This document shows positions 25,701-40,400 of a stretch of 64,000 nucleotides of DNA, piece after piece. Below the pieces are notes generated by a model. That model worked only from the letters and a program-made list of their open reading frames with translations, ran no database searches and had not been told where the DNA came from. A program made the translations under genes and the position numbers. How positions within the stretch are numbered: the first letter of the stretch is position 1; each line of letters begins with the position of its first letter. The stretch comes from Rotaria socialis (taxonomy: Eukaryota), in assembly GCA_905331295.1 (NCBI GenBank), contig CAJNYD010000407.1, positions 1 through 64,000 on the forward strand, written 5' to 3'.

Positions 25701-27342
25701 TGAACATAGAAGCATTGGATAAATAAATGATTGCTAAAGAAATAAGAATTATGTTATACGAAAAGCATGTTTTTAGAGAAAAATAAGTACGAAATATTAT
25801 AAAAATTCAGTGTTTCTCAGATTTTGATTAATGAATTTTGCAAGATTTTGCATTAAATAGTGAAATATTGCAGATCTGTCATAGGAAAGATTTCATATTT
25901 GTCTTGGTGAAAAGTAATAGGAAATAGAATGTATATGTTATGGCCGAAGTTAGAATACAGCCTGATTCAGAATTCGTCTAGTCGAAGTTGGAATTCTAAT
26001 TGCGTCCAGACTAAAGCGGCATTCTCAGTTCGGCCAACACGAGCTTGGATGAAATTCGAATTCTAAGTTAGACCAGACGAAATTGGAATTAATTTTTAAT
26101 AAATAGAAACCAATAAAAAAAACAATCAAGAATAATTTTTTTCAATTTTATTTAACAAAAAAACTAATAAATATCACAAATTGGAATTGAATCTTGAAGG
26201 TGTGAGGTGCGAGTGCGAGTGCGGATGAAGAGTACCCGGGGGACTTTGTGCTTGTGGGTGGTGGATACCATAGAGGAGTGCTCAAATGTGGGTGCTGGTG
26301 AGGAGTATATATGCATTCATACGTCGCATATATCGGAAAGTTAAACTAAAAGCAAATCTAGGAATAGATTTAGTTTTGGTTTTAGTTTAACCTTTTCTTT
26401 TCTTCATTTATATTCGAACTCGAATTAGCCAGCTCATCAATTTGTGATATTAATTAGGTTTTTCTTTGTTAAATAAAATTAAAAAAGATTTGTTCTTGAA
26501 ATCTTTGTTTTTTTTGTTTTCTATTCATTAAAAATTAATTCGAATTTCATCCAAGCTCATGTTAGTCGAACTCAGAATTCCGCTTTAGTCTGGACGCAAT
26601 TAGAATTCCAATTTCGACTAAACGAATTCTGAATCAGGCTGTATTCTAACTTTGGCCATAACATATATTTTAGAAGATAAAAATTGCAGTTAGTTATGCA
26701 GAAACCTTTGGTATATAAGTATCGGTTGGTACTAATCGTTGAATCAGTGAATCCATTGTATACTGACGATAATCAAGTGATGGATCATCATCGTCATCTT
26801 TTAAAGAATTCGACGCAGAATGATTAACTATTGGTACTAGACTAAGTATTGGAGACTACAAAAGAAGAAGAAGAAAAAATATCAGCATAATTGAATTAAT
26901 CTTTGTACATATATTTATTTACTTGAGATCGAGGAGACGCTGGTCTTGAGTGCTTGGATATTGTTGAAGGAATAGATAGATTTTGATGTTGAGAAGTTGG
27001 TGTATTTGAACGAACTTGCGCATAAACACGATTATAATATGCTATTGATGAGGAGGATGAGGAGGATTCACCATTTTCAAAACCATGTTCATCAATATTT
27101 GAATATCGTTTTTGGTGTATTTGTTGAAAATTAGTTATGTATGGACGATTTCGATTTAAAGTATTTGATTTTTGATTTTCTTCTAAATGAATATTTTCGT
27201 GATTAGCTGGTGAATATGAATTTCGAAAATAAATTTTTGGAGTGTTCGGTGCAAAACTAGATGTATAATTATTGCGGTATATTGGAGCGTTACCAGTATA
27301 ATATCCATTAGTAGAGCTACGGCTATCTATATTACCGTTCAT
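22715..27342 (-). CDS. Ras-GEF domain-containing family member 1-like protein (REM + CDC25 domains), about 13 exons
   Basis: Spliced motifs: MDSLIQRLVPTDTYIPK, VLSQWTRTFPYDFR, LAQQLTHIELDRLKPIGAEELI, YVQWFNRLTSFVTTEI, NFNSMIGIIGGLNKQPVKRLRRSWEKV, IVIPFTSIVVQDVYFI, LMLASFECEPP. Stop TAG at 22715-22717. Confidence 0.9.
25936..26663. mobile_element. Non-autonomous DNA transposon with long TIRs and TGT...ACA ends in TATA context (Ginger-like), in a RasGEF intron
   Basis: TATA|TGTTATGGCCGAAGTTAGAATACAGCCTGATTCAGAATTCG... pairs with ...CGAATTCTGAATCAGGCTGTATTCTAACTTTGGCCATAACA|TATA over about 125 bp, with weaker similarity further in. Confidence 0.85.
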
Positions 27343-27611
27343 GATAAACTACGAGAAAAAGAAAAAAGAAAGATAAGATTTTATTTTTGCTGTAGTTAAT
27401 TGTTATAGTTCATTTCTTTCATCAAAACAAAAATTCATACAAAGAAGAAGGAAAAAAAGAAAACACTCATTCCATTCACATATTATTGTTTTTTTTGCTG
27501 TTATATAAAATATATACACAAAAAAAGGAGCCATATGTTGTTGAAAGGAACTGGACGGATATTTTTTTTGTATTCAAGTAAAGTAAAAGAAAAAAAAAGA
27601 ATGATTATGTG

Positions 27612-30369
27612 TCAATGATGCTTTGAGCGTTTGTCACTGCCGCTTGATGATCTGATGTCTCGCCCTCCTCCTCCTCCTCCTCCTCCTCCTCCTCCTGTGC
27701 TCGTCCCTCCACTTGTTTCTTCTGACCTGTCTGAGGGTACATCATCAACTGTACACGGTTGTTGATCAATCGATGACCGATATGAATTTTTTTTGTTCAT
27801 TATGTCATTACTATTGACTAGCGGTGCAAGTTTCTTTTTATAAAGATGTGTTTTGGGTATTAATGGTGATGCTTGTTTTACGTTGTTAGTTACATCCTCT
27901 AATGCTTTGTTTGACATTGACGACAGCTCATCAGTATACGAGGATGTCGATTTTGCACTACTAATCGGTTTAAGACGACCACTTGGTGGTCGCATAGTAC
28001 TCGCTGATGGTAACGAATTCGAAAGGAATGCATCAGGTTGTTGTTTTGTTCGAAATACTTTTTGACCAGCAACCGTTAAGTCAAGTGTAGGAATCGATTC
28101 ATTTGAACTTGATTTTGATCCAGATTTAAGTCTACTGGTTGCTGATTGATTTCCGCTACCTGATCCAATACGATTTGTTGATGGAATTGGAAAATCTTTA
28201 TTTAGCGCTGTGCGATTTTGTTGCTTTGACTTAACAAGTGATGATAAATGTTGTTGCTGCTGTTGTTGTTGTTGTTGTTGTTGTTCATCAAGAAAACGAT
28301 AGTCATCATACATCGAATGCCGATTTACATTTTTAACTTGTTTATAATGTGGCCGTCGTAGATTGGCGTTTGATTGTTGTTGTTGCTGTTGTTGCATTCG
28401 AATGTCACTATTACGTATTGACAAACGAGAATCTGGTCTTGATGGCCTTGGCGATTGATCATCATCATCAAAATCACTTTGACCACCATGACCTTCGAGA
28501 CTATTAGGTTCGTCATCTTCATCACCATCGGAATGAGCTTTTGTAACGACAACATGATGATGATGCGAAGGAGGAAGATGGAAATGACGATGATTTTGTT
28601 GTGGCTTCGACATATTAATGTATGAACTATTTGGAGTTGTTGAACTTTTCCGTGGTTTCACAGGCGGTCCAGTTGTTGAAACACTGGCTGTAGATGACGG
28701 CGGTCGATAACGTTGCCGATTCATTTCATCATCATCTCCATGATGATCATCATCAGGTCGACTTGATGTAACTGATGAACTATTAGGATAAAGGGTTGGA
28801 CGAGAAAATGCATCAACAGATAGAGCTGGCGATGAGCGATTAGGCTGTGGTAATGATTCTGTCAAAGAACGACGATTATTGGAACGTATAAATTTTGCAC
28901 GTCCATCAGCTGGTGGTGTTGGTGCTACATCGGATCCATTATTTCTGTTTGTACTGTTGTTATTAAGACTTCGTGTAGTTGACAATTGATTATCGAAACC
29001 ATTCGAACGTTTTTCACGCATATAAACTTCAAAAACACTTCGACAAAAGTAAAGTCCACGATTTTGTGCATAATCAAATGGTGACACACCGTGCATATCT
29101 AAACATAGAAATATTAGTACAAATAGAGAAATAAAGAACCAAAAAAAAAATATATATATATATAAATATATATACCTGTAAGATGTGGATCAGCCCCGTG
29201 ATCTAATAACTCTTTTAATACACGTGCATGACCATTTTTAGTTGCTAAATGAAGTGGTGTTTGTCGATATTTATCACCTTCATGTACATAAGAAGGATTA
29301 TCAAGTTGTTCATTCGTTTCAAAAATAAATCGACATGCATGAACTGAACCTTGTTCAGCAGCAACATGTAAACATGTTCGACCTTCACTATCACGCAATT
29401 GCATTGTTTCAGACGACAATAAAGATTTTAAGCATTCCAATGGTTCAGTTTTACGTACACTGTGATGAATCCATGTTCGTCCATCATCATCTTTCTCCAT
29501 AATATCATGCATATAACGAGATAATTCCTAGATAAACATTAGCTTTTGTAATGTAAAAAGAACAAGAGAAGTCCTACTCTGAAATGATCATAACGATCAA
29601 GGTGACATGCCCACATAGCAGGTGTCATTCCGTCAGCATCTCTTGTATGTATATCAACATTGTATTCAATTAAAATTTTTAAGCAATCAGTGTTTTCAGC
29701 TAATACAGCCCAATGTAATGGTGATCTCAAGTGTACATCTTGTCTAGTGACATCAGCATTGTTTTCTAGTAAAAGTCGTACTATATCAACATTACATTGT
29801 TGACCGTCATCACTATAACATGCGCGATGTAAACATGTTGAACCGTCATTAGCTTGAATGTTGATATTTGCAGATGGTTTACATTCAAGTAATAAGTAAC
29901 GCAAAATATGTATCTGTTGATATTGTACGGCATAAGTTAATAAATCACGTCCAAACGAGTCAACGCGATCAATCAATTCAGGCTCAGAATTTAACAATTC
30001 CTTAACATACCGTAAATCACCTTCTCGTACAGCTACAATAATTGGTGATAAATTAACAAAATTATTTAATGAATGTTTAGGTATTGTTTGTTTAACTTTA
30101 TTTGATTCAACATCGATCCATGGCCATTCAAATTTATCGGGTGCTTCTCGGAATGGTGTTAATGGACTTAAACCACGTTCTATAGTCCATTGCAATGGTT
30201 TTTGTTCTTTATCGCGTTTTTGTAATATTAAATAATATTGTTGCAAGAAATGGAGACCATGTAAAAGGGTATCACGTAAACGTGAGCTTGTTTCTTCATC
30301 AGGTAGTTTTAGTAAAAATTCGAGTATAATTGATGACGTCTTCTGAAAATCTTTACGTTTTATCGCCAT
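27612..30369 (-). CDS. Ankyrin-repeat protein with a long low-complexity C-terminus (poly-Q/H/G); 3 coding exons
   Basis: Exons ~29578-30369, ~29177-29527 and 27612-~29098. Ankyrin motifs include GRDLLTYAV, GSTCLHRAC, RSPLHWAV, GMTPAMWAC, GRTCLHVAA and QTPLHLATKNGH. Confidence 0.9.
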
Positions 30370-33300
30370 TATATAAATACATATGAAAATTTATTTTTAC
30401 TAAAATATCTACATCTGAAACATAAACACACATACTTATCGACGGAGAGACAAATAGCAACCTGAGCAAACAATGACATTGATGATTAAAAAAGAGTGTT
30501 ACAGAAGAAAAGAGAATAAGGATAAACTATGAAATTTTTATTGACATAATTTGTTTATTCATTACCTTTTCGGTCAAGTAAAATGATGAACTATACTCAA
30601 GATTATAGGAGTAAAGATGTTCTTTTCTCGTTCTGATTTGTGTGTCAACTGACTGCTGAGTGTAAAAATGGGGGTGTAAACTACGTATGTATTTCCATTC
30701 TTTGATGCCATTGTGCAGATATATAAAATATGTGGAAAAAAATAACACTTACACTAATCAAGTATGCATATTTAAGTCTGAGCAATTTTAAAATCTATTA
30801 CGCATATATAGTTTAACGATAAACAAGAAAAAGCGAGCGAACATAAAAGAGAAGATATGCGCACACACGATCACTGAGCTTTCAAAGTTAATCGACGAGA
30901 TGGTGAGATGAGGTAAAGCGTGCACGTCTATAGTCGTGGTTGGCATGCGAGCAGAACGAGAGAAAACAGTAAAGTTGTAACACGAAACTTTTTCTTTTTT
31001 TTTCTCTCTTCCATTTTTTTTTACACATACACACTCACCGGTGCCGTCACAACGCAGGAGGCCGCCTTTCACTATATACAATCTGTTGTTTTAATGTTGA
31101 ATGAAACAGAGAACGAGAAAGCATTGAAAAAAGAAAAGAAAAAAAATCGAGAACAACACAAGAGAGAGACTGCCCAATAGCCAGTCCGATGAAGACAAAA
31201 CCAATAAGATAATCGCAATTTATTTTATTGATAAACTTTAAAAAAAGGAAAACTACTAAAAGAAATTATAGAACAAGAAAGATAAAAACAAGCTATTTTT
31301 TACTTATATCAAATCTTCTAAAAGTTGTGTTGGTTTATTTATGTCATAACCAGCAATGAAAATGCTCATATAACGTCAATATTATGAATATTAATAAAAC
31401 AATATTTTTACGAATCAATATACGATATTTTTAGTTTTTTTTAGTAATGTCGAATAAATATATGAGAAATTTCAATAAAACTTATCCTATTGTATTCATG
31501 TGTTATTTTCATAATATTTTATATGTCATAAATGGTATTTATTTTTACAATTTATTAGAAAAATCACAATAATCTGTCATGAATTGCTAGTACATAGAGA
31601 CAGGATTATCTTTCATAAAATATAAGACTAAAAACAACTAATATCTGTCAAATACTTTTTTTGTGTACTTACTAAGAATAGATGCTGTCTAAAAATAGGA
31701 TAATGTTTGTTCTATTACGTCTCCTATCTTCGTTACCATCAGCAACATTATAAATTAAAAGCGTTGGAAAACAACAACGTATTTTAAAATAAACTTGCAA
31801 ATGTTTCCCACGTATGAATTTAATTATTTTAAGAAGCTGTAGCTAATATGTTTTATGAGAGCAATGCTTCAATCAGCATCGTAGCAGAAATGTATTTTTT
31901 CCATGTTGTTTCCTGTACATCATGATTTCATAGTAAAAAACAACATATTGTCTATATGACCGATATGAATTATTCACAAAATTAGACGGCACTTGTCAGT
32001 AGAATCGTATACGTCAATTATGTAAAGAATTTTCTTTTATATTTCAATCCATAGTTTAATTAAAGCAAAAAAAAAGCTGGCTATGACAAGGCTGAGTTTT
32101 CAATAGTAACGAAGGAAAAACGACATTCTCCGGTAAGATGATTATGAGATTGCATAATACACATTTTACGTAACATTAAAATTAGTAACAAAAGGAAATG
32201 AAACTAGTTATTCTAATGTCCGATCTATAGAAAATCTAGATGCATCGATAAAGTTTCTTTTACCCGTACATTGAAATAAAACCCATTAAACAAATGAAAG
32301 GATGCAACAAACGATAAAGAAAAGTTTTATTAATCCTAATGTTTAAAGATATGTTTAATTCTGTTGTCAAAATCTATCTATAAAATATAAAATCTTCAAA
32401 TGTCCTTATTAAATTCCATATTCTCGGAAATTTCAAAGACAAAATAAACAAACAATCTACTTTGCTCTTTTGTTTGTATACATTATAAAGAGTGTCATAT
32501 AATTATTAGCTTTCTATCTTAAACTAAAATGCATGAACAGGATTAAAATAAAAGATTTTTTCTATTCAACATTTGTAATATGCTGATTATTTGATACATG
32601 TATTTATAAGCATGTAATAACAAGACATTTTACTAGATGATTATTTAAAAATAAAATGTTAATTATAATAAAATTCCATGTATCCGAACATGGTGTATAA
32701 TATTTTCGATGTACAACTATTATTAATAAAGTATTTTGCTGATCGATTTTGCACTCTTTTCTTTCGAGGATTTTTTCGATTTTTTAAAATTTATTTTTCT
32801 AATTGTAATAATACATGCAGTACTTTTCTATGAGTATTTTACGAACTATGAGATACAATCAATATATTTTTGTTAGAAGATTTAAAAATTGAACACGAAA
32901 ATATACAAAACAAAATTCATCTGTAATTCTAGTTGGTAAACATTCAAGGGAGAATTTATGATAAAATCTGCAAGATTCACGACACAAATGTTTTAATGTG
33001 TAAGTTTAATAAAAACCAACTCTACAGTAGGTTTCAGTTGACTAAGTTTTAAGTATTTAGCAAAGAATTTATGCATTCTAATGTTGCCTATGGATTCCAA
33101 TACTGATTTATGCAAAGAGGTTTCAGGTTTTTTAAACATGACAAATCTTGAATCAATGCAAATAGGGTTTAAAAAATCATGATCATTTGACCGATAGAGA
33201 TAAATAGGTAACTCATTGAACTTAATCAAAAATTGCTTTATTAATTTGAAAAAAAGAGAGTAGATAAGGCTGGATTCATAAAGACGAAGCGCATTGATCT

Positions 33301-34298
33301 TTTAGGAACAGCCACAGTTACGGCTGTCTTTCAAAAATAAACCTATTTCTATGGTACGTCGCTTATACATTGCTACTTTTTAATCTAGTTGAGCTTCTAT
33401 TACCATTATAGACTTCAGATTACTTTATAATTCATTTTGATACTGCAATTTTTCTTTCACATTTTGTTCTCGTGTATAGAATCCATTTTCTGTTACATTA
33501 GAAAAGTTTAATTTTTAATGGGTCATTAAAAATGTTACTTTCCTGCACTTTTGATGAACCGAGTCTTTACGAAGAAAACCTTACTTGCTTCTATTTTAAA
33601 GTGACAAGAAGTTGCTCATTAAACTAAATCAGTAGTTTTCTTATTTATATTTCTTAAATAATTGTGACTTTTAAGTCATTCAATGTGTATATAATCAAAA
33701 TTTTTAGCTTTCTATATCAAGAGAAAAAACACATTAAAAAAATATTATTAAACGTTTATCATAAATTGTTATGAGATAACAGTTAAACTGAGGAAGTATT
33801 TTCTATGAGAGAAAAAGCGAAATCTACCATATACTGCTTTTGTTCGTTTTTTTAAATTATCATCTTAATAATAAGAAAAAGATTCTTTTCAGCAAGAATA
33901 ATAGCTGAATTAAGATACCTGATTGTATTCATCACTAGATTTTTCTAATATGTTTGATGTAAAACGAATTGAAAACAAATTATAAGATTCATTCAAAAAC
34001 AAAATACTAAAATGTTCGTTCATCCATTAAGAATGTGATTTTACTTATTTCTAAAAATATTATTTTGCCTTTTGCCATTTAAAGAAGAGCAGGTGATCTA
34101 GAATAATTCGATTCAATGTGTTCTAATCAGATAGAGTATTTATAAAGGATTCCAGAAAGAAACATTACAACTCTCCAATTCTCTAAACTATCTAAAAATT
34201 TTCAGATGGTCAATTGACATCATAACGATTTTTAAACGTCACTGTCTTTTTTTCTCTGATCATTGATCGTCATCGAGCTATATCTATATATATATATA

Positions 34299-35149
34299 TG
34301 TCGGAGTTGACTGTAAAATTCAGTTGACTTTAAAATTGAATAGTCAACTAGAGTAGAGCTAGTTGACTTTAAAATGTATGATGATAGAATTGTTATTAAT
34401 ATGATAAATAGCATTTATTCAATAGATTAGATTGAGAGAAACAAATGAATATCGAAGAAAAAGCTAGTTAGCGCAGCCCTTTGACGCTAAAATGTGGAAA
34501 TCGCGTATGACTTTCCACCTATTTCTACTACTACACAATACGTAACGTGTGAAATGTGTTGCAAGACAATCGGTCGGTAGAATAAAATGTCTTATTTAGT
34601 TTTTCACGCTTGTTAATGTCTGCAATGAAGAGGCGAAGGAGCCACAAGAACCTTGCCTTTAACCTTACACTCACCATTTTCTTCAAAAATACATGTGAGA
34701 TCCAGAAAATATAAACTATAGTAAACAAAAAAAAATCTAGAATCCATTATTAATATACAAAAAAATGATTTAAGAAATCCTACATCTTGAATATTTATCC
34801 CTATGACATATTTTATAGCATTTTCAATTATTTTTCTTATAGTAGCCCTGTTTTCTATTGTGGGCGTGGGTCTTCTACCATGTTCAGATGTACTCATGCT
34901 CACATCCACACCCTCAAGCGCTTCGCTTTTCGTTCCATATCCAACTCATGCAAATCAGCATCTAACTTTGAGTAAAAAAAACCCTTCATTATTAAATATA
35001 ATGATAGTTCGATAGTTTATGACTAATACTTTCTTAAATTCAGACAGAAAATTTACCATCAGTTAAAAACTATTCACTATCGATTAATGCATAACAACTT
35101 TATCATCATACATTTTAAAGTCAACTGAATTTTAGAGTCAACTCCGACA
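34299..35149. mobile_element. Non-autonomous DNA transposon with TGT...ACA TIRs inserted in a (TA)n tract (Ginger-like)
   Basis: (TA)n|TGTCGGAGTTGACTGTAAAATTCAGTTGACTTTAAAAT ... ATTTTAAAGTCAACTGAATTTTAGAGTCAACTCCGACA|TATATA. Confidence 0.85.
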
Positions 35150-37406
35150 TATATATCCATGACTAGTGAATTATGTTTACTTGATATGTAGTACTTACAG
35201 TTGCATATATTACCTGGCAGCATTGCAGTGAAACCGATGTTCTCGTTTATCTATTCATAAAGCCACATCTATTTATCCACAGAGAATCTCGAGTAAATAA
35301 TTTTGTTATTATGAGTCATGGTGTGGTTCAAAGTCTTAAAAAACATCTATCATTAGACTTTTCTCCTTGAGGTGTGATCAAAATAGTTAGTTTTCAGTCT
35401 ATTACAGAAAAAGTACGACAAAAATTCGTTGAAATAATTTTCATATGAAATTTTGTTTGAAAAAGATCTCTTCATTAAAATTATTTGCAGAAATCTTCAG
35501 TCAAAATAGATCTAATAAACTCAAGACGGCACGCTTATTAAAAAACGATGCTTGCTTTCTCCTCAAGACACGTTGAAAAAAATCAATGTCGATTGATAAT
35601 CTGATATCATAAGAAAAATGATCAATTATGTCAGAATATTTCAGGAAGTAACAAGTATCGAAAAATCTTTTTCAGAGAAAATTGTCGGATTAAAATATTT
35701 TGACTCAATTTTTCTTTTACTGCTCTGCGAAAGGGTGAAATCATAGTAAAATGGTCGTTACTTGAGAAGACAGGCCTAGCAGCATTAATCCTTTCAAGGT
35801 TTTTTCTTATACCGTGAGTTGTAGTTATAAACAGCTAATCAACTTAAACTTAGAGTAATAGTTAAAGAAAACTAATTGTAAGCACTTTTTTACTTTCGAA
35901 GCTTTGCTAGAATTCTTTTATTCTATTGATTTCCTTTAACATCTATTGAATTCTTTAGATTTTTACGATTACTCCATTAAGCTCTTGAAAATATATGATA
36001 TAATGATGACGATCAATTTTGAAAATCAAACCTTATTCTTGTATTGAATTCTAATGACCTCTCATCATGTCGTCAAGTATTCATTGTAGTAAATTACTTC
36101 AGACATTGTCTTGATTAGGTTACACTGAATGACTGAAATTGAATTTAACTGAAGACAGACATTCTTTTCTATACGTACCATTTATTTTTGCGTTAGATTT
36201 TTTTTCTCCAACTAATATTTTATTAGATGATAATCTTCGTGATAAATGCTAAATTGAATTGTACGAATATAAATAATTAATAATAAATAAAAAAATCATA
36301 TTTCAATTGCTGGAACACTCGAAAATGTCATCAAGACTCGATTGTATTCTAAAATTTAATTCATTTTCTGAAAAGATGAAGTCTTAAACAAAATATCCAT
36401 AAAACAAATCTCATCGTTCATATGGTATATTACTATGATTTTAATAGCTATTTAATTAAAAGTCATAATTTACATAGAATAGCATCATAAATATTCTAAA
36501 TACCCGATTTTAACAGACAAAATTCAACTGCTTTTAGATTTCACTAACGTAAGTAATACAATTTAAATCCAAAATCAGTGTAATATCTTCAGTTTTAAAA
36601 ACAGAACTATTTGCACCTGAAAAGATTTAGTTTTGAATTAAAAAATCAAATTCGATGATTCACCAACGACAATCAACGACCTCTAGACGCATTGATGTGA
36701 TGAAAATCAGATGAAAAAACATATTGAGAAAGGTGTTGATAAGGTGACTGAAAATGTGAATGGTCTTTGTAGGTGTTTTATGTATACAAAAACATCGATT
36801 TAGATAACAACGAATATAGTATGGTTGTCAGCGTGGAATCTTTGCCAAACTGGTATGAAAACTTGACAGATTATTTGATCTTTAAAATAAATTAAGAAAG
36901 TAGCAAATAATTTGCAATTTTTACTAATAACATGAATACAAATGTAGTACTTACTATTGAGTGCAAGAGAAACATTGGTTTTTCGTGAGTGAACAGTTTT
37001 TAACTGATTTTTTTTCAATTGTATAAATTTTCTCGCTATGATACCATGAATAGAATATTTTCTCTATCATAGGTTAACATTGTTGTCACTAATGATCAAT
37101 CATTTTGTAACACTAAAATCGTTTTATGATCACAAATAATTAATATTAGTGAAATGGTTGTGAAAATTTTCGCTACGGTCTTAATTGAGATAATCAAATG
37201 AACATCTACCATTGCAATTGATACATTCTGTATTCAAAAGCATTTACTTATTATGAATAGGCTAGATTGAAATACAACTTTGATCATTGTATCATGTTTG
37301 ATTCTTAAAGGAAATAATTCTAAAGAAAATTTTCAATGTATTATAGAGATTTTATTCTGAATTTATCATTCGTTTTAGTAATCCGAATACATTTACTACA
37401 ACACTG

Positions 37407-40400
37407 ATGACGTCTTCCGGAGATCCTCAAACAATACTCCGATTAGCGGAAGAAAAAATTCGTGTTAAAACAATCGCATTGGGTCTTCGTATAACCGAGT
37501 TTTTTCACGATTTCGATCGTCTTCGTTCAGGTTTTGTTACAGCATCACAATTCAAACGGTATATCATTGATATTCTTTGCTTTTGTTGTTACAAAAAGAA
37601 CCCTATGTTTATTTTATTTCATATTTAGATGTCTTGATACCAATCTTCGTCTTCTATTATCACCTGAAGAAGAAGAATTACTTTTTCGAAAATATGACAT
37701 TAAACATGATGGAACAATATGTTATCGAGAATTCTGTGATGTAATTAATCGAAGTAAGTCATTTGCCTCATGAATAACTGAATGTATTTTTCGAGAAGAA
37801 AAAAGAATACTTGATACTAACCGATTGAAAATCAATCTGAAGTTGTTTTTTTTGTCAAATCTCCTCAATTTTGATTCGTTTATCTAGATGACTTTCATTT
37901 TTATATTTAACTTCACTTTTAGAATATCCTGAAACAAAGATTACACCATATCCGGAAAATTTTACCAATGCGGCTCCTCCATATCTGAATTCATGGCGCT
38001 CGACTCGCCATATAGGTACACAAGATGAAAGTGAACGCTTGCGAAATGTTCTTCAACGCATTGCTACTTATTGTAAGCAACGTGGTATTGATGTTTTAAC
38101 AACCATGGAACAATATGATAAACATCAAATGGGTGAAATAACTGATAGTCAATTTTATCGTGCCTTTGTTGGACCACAATTAACTGAAGCTGAAATGACA
38201 CTTCTTCGAGATAAATATTCTGATCCAGGAAAGCCAGGTTTAATCAACTATTTAAATTTCGTTCAAGATCTGAATGCATTGTCACGTACAAATGAAACAA
38301 CATTTCTTAAAACTGATACTACTGGCACCGACAATACTGTAGTTGTTGGTATTGAAGAAAGAGTAATTATAATTTCTAGTGACTATAAATGAAATTAAAT
38401 ATTTTTCCTTCTTCTTAGCCTGAACAACGTTCAGTTCAAGAAATTTTAGATAAAATTCGTATAGCAACATTTAAATATGGTATTAGGATATCAGATTTTT
38501 TTAAAGATTATGATAAATTACGTAGTGGCATTATCACCGAAGGTCAATTTGAAAGTGCACTCTCATTAAGTGTACAAAAACAAGCTTTTTTAAATATGAA
38601 TGATATTAAAAAAATAACGGAATACTATCGTAGACCCGATGGTCGCATTCATTATAAAGAATTTGTTGATATGATGGAAAATGCCTTTAATATTCCTGAA
38701 TTAGAGAAAAAGCCATTGACACAAGTTACTCGACCAGGGCGAGGACTTTTATCAAAAGTATGAAACGTCTAATTTCTGTTTGCGTGATGAAGTTTCGTTT
38801 TTCTTTTAGCCACTGAATACTAATTTGACACCAGATGAAGAAGATCGTGTATCACAAATACTTGATAGTATCATTGACAAAGTACTAAAGCGTCGTTTAG
38901 TTCTGTTTCCATTTTTTAAACCATTTGATCGAGTAAATTTTACTTTTTGAAAATAAAATTTATAAATTCTTCTTTTTTTTTAGAGTAAAGCCTTTACACG
39001 TACCTGTACAAAACATCAATTTGGACGAGTACTTCGTACACTTGATTTAATTCCATCACCCTATGATTTCAATATACTTTGTAAAAAATTCGAAGATCGA
39101 GAATCAGGCGATATTAATTATGCTTTATTCTGTCAAATGATTGAACAGGGTAAGATATAGAATTAGTAGAAGAACTAATTGTTAGAAGTAGAAAACTTCA
39201 TGCTGTCAATTTCATATGACATTGAATAAAATTATGATTTTAACTGTATCTATTATTAGTAGAACTAAATTCTAATTATATTGAAAATCATACTCAAAGT
39301 TCAAACTGATGATAGGTCGTTGTAGAATTTGAATTGTGTACTGTGATTTAGCAAAAAATTGATGGACTCGTTGGAATGTTCTGAATAGGTAAATCCTATT
39401 AATATAAGAATGACTAGAAAGATTCCTGTAAAACAATTGACTTTTTCAGAGTAGTCTGCATGGTAATAAAATCAATCAAAAGGGAAAACAATACTAGTTT
39501 CGCCTTTTGGCAATTTTGTCTTAGGCATTACCTTCAATTAGTAACTTCGTCAGCTCCATAGATTCCCTACAAATAATATTAGATCTGGTCAGTAAATATC
39601 CATAAAACAAACTATGTTGAACTTGATAGGTTTAGTTTTCTAATTGGAATATCTATAGAATACGTCTGAAACAATGCAGTTAATGAATTATGAAGACTGA
39701 AATCCATCATAAAATTGTACTATTGATTAATAAGAAATAGATTTGTTTAAAAAGTAGGTAGCATAGAATTATTCAATCTAGTCTATTATCTTGTATTTCT
39801 CTACTATGAATAATTCAATGGTGGTTATTTCTTTATGTTCGATCATATATGTGTAAAATGTTTCTTTTTAAATAGATTTTGTGGCGATCAAAGTTGAACC
39901 AGAAGAAGAATTTACATTTGCACGTGCACGAATGGAAGAAGAACAAAAGAGAGAAAAATTAATAATCAAAATTGATACATCGAATGTTAATTTGAAAGAT
40001 TTAATGGGCCGTATTCGACACCATGTTCTGATCAATCGAATTCGTGTATGTAAAAAGATAACCGAATGCGTTCAATAAATGGCATATTTTTCTTATTCAA
40101 TAGGTTAAGGAATTTTTTGAGGATTTCGATCCTCTTCGTTTAGGCACAATAAGCCAATCACGATTCATTCGTGTTTTGGCCAGTTTGGGTCTGACTGGTC
40201 TTGATGGTATTCCATTGACTGAAGCGCAAATGCATGCTTTATGCAATCATTATCGTCATCCAGAACACAGTGATCTAATTGTATGGAAACAATTTGAACA
40301 AGATGTTGAATCAGGTATATAACATAATTTAGATTAAAATTTAAGAAGTACTATTATAATTGAATTAATTAGTTTTTACATTATCTGATTTGGAAAAAGC

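Noticed and set aside
32993..33330. 78-aa minus-strand ORF, possible exon remnant
   Set aside because: No recognisable domain and no consistent splice partners.
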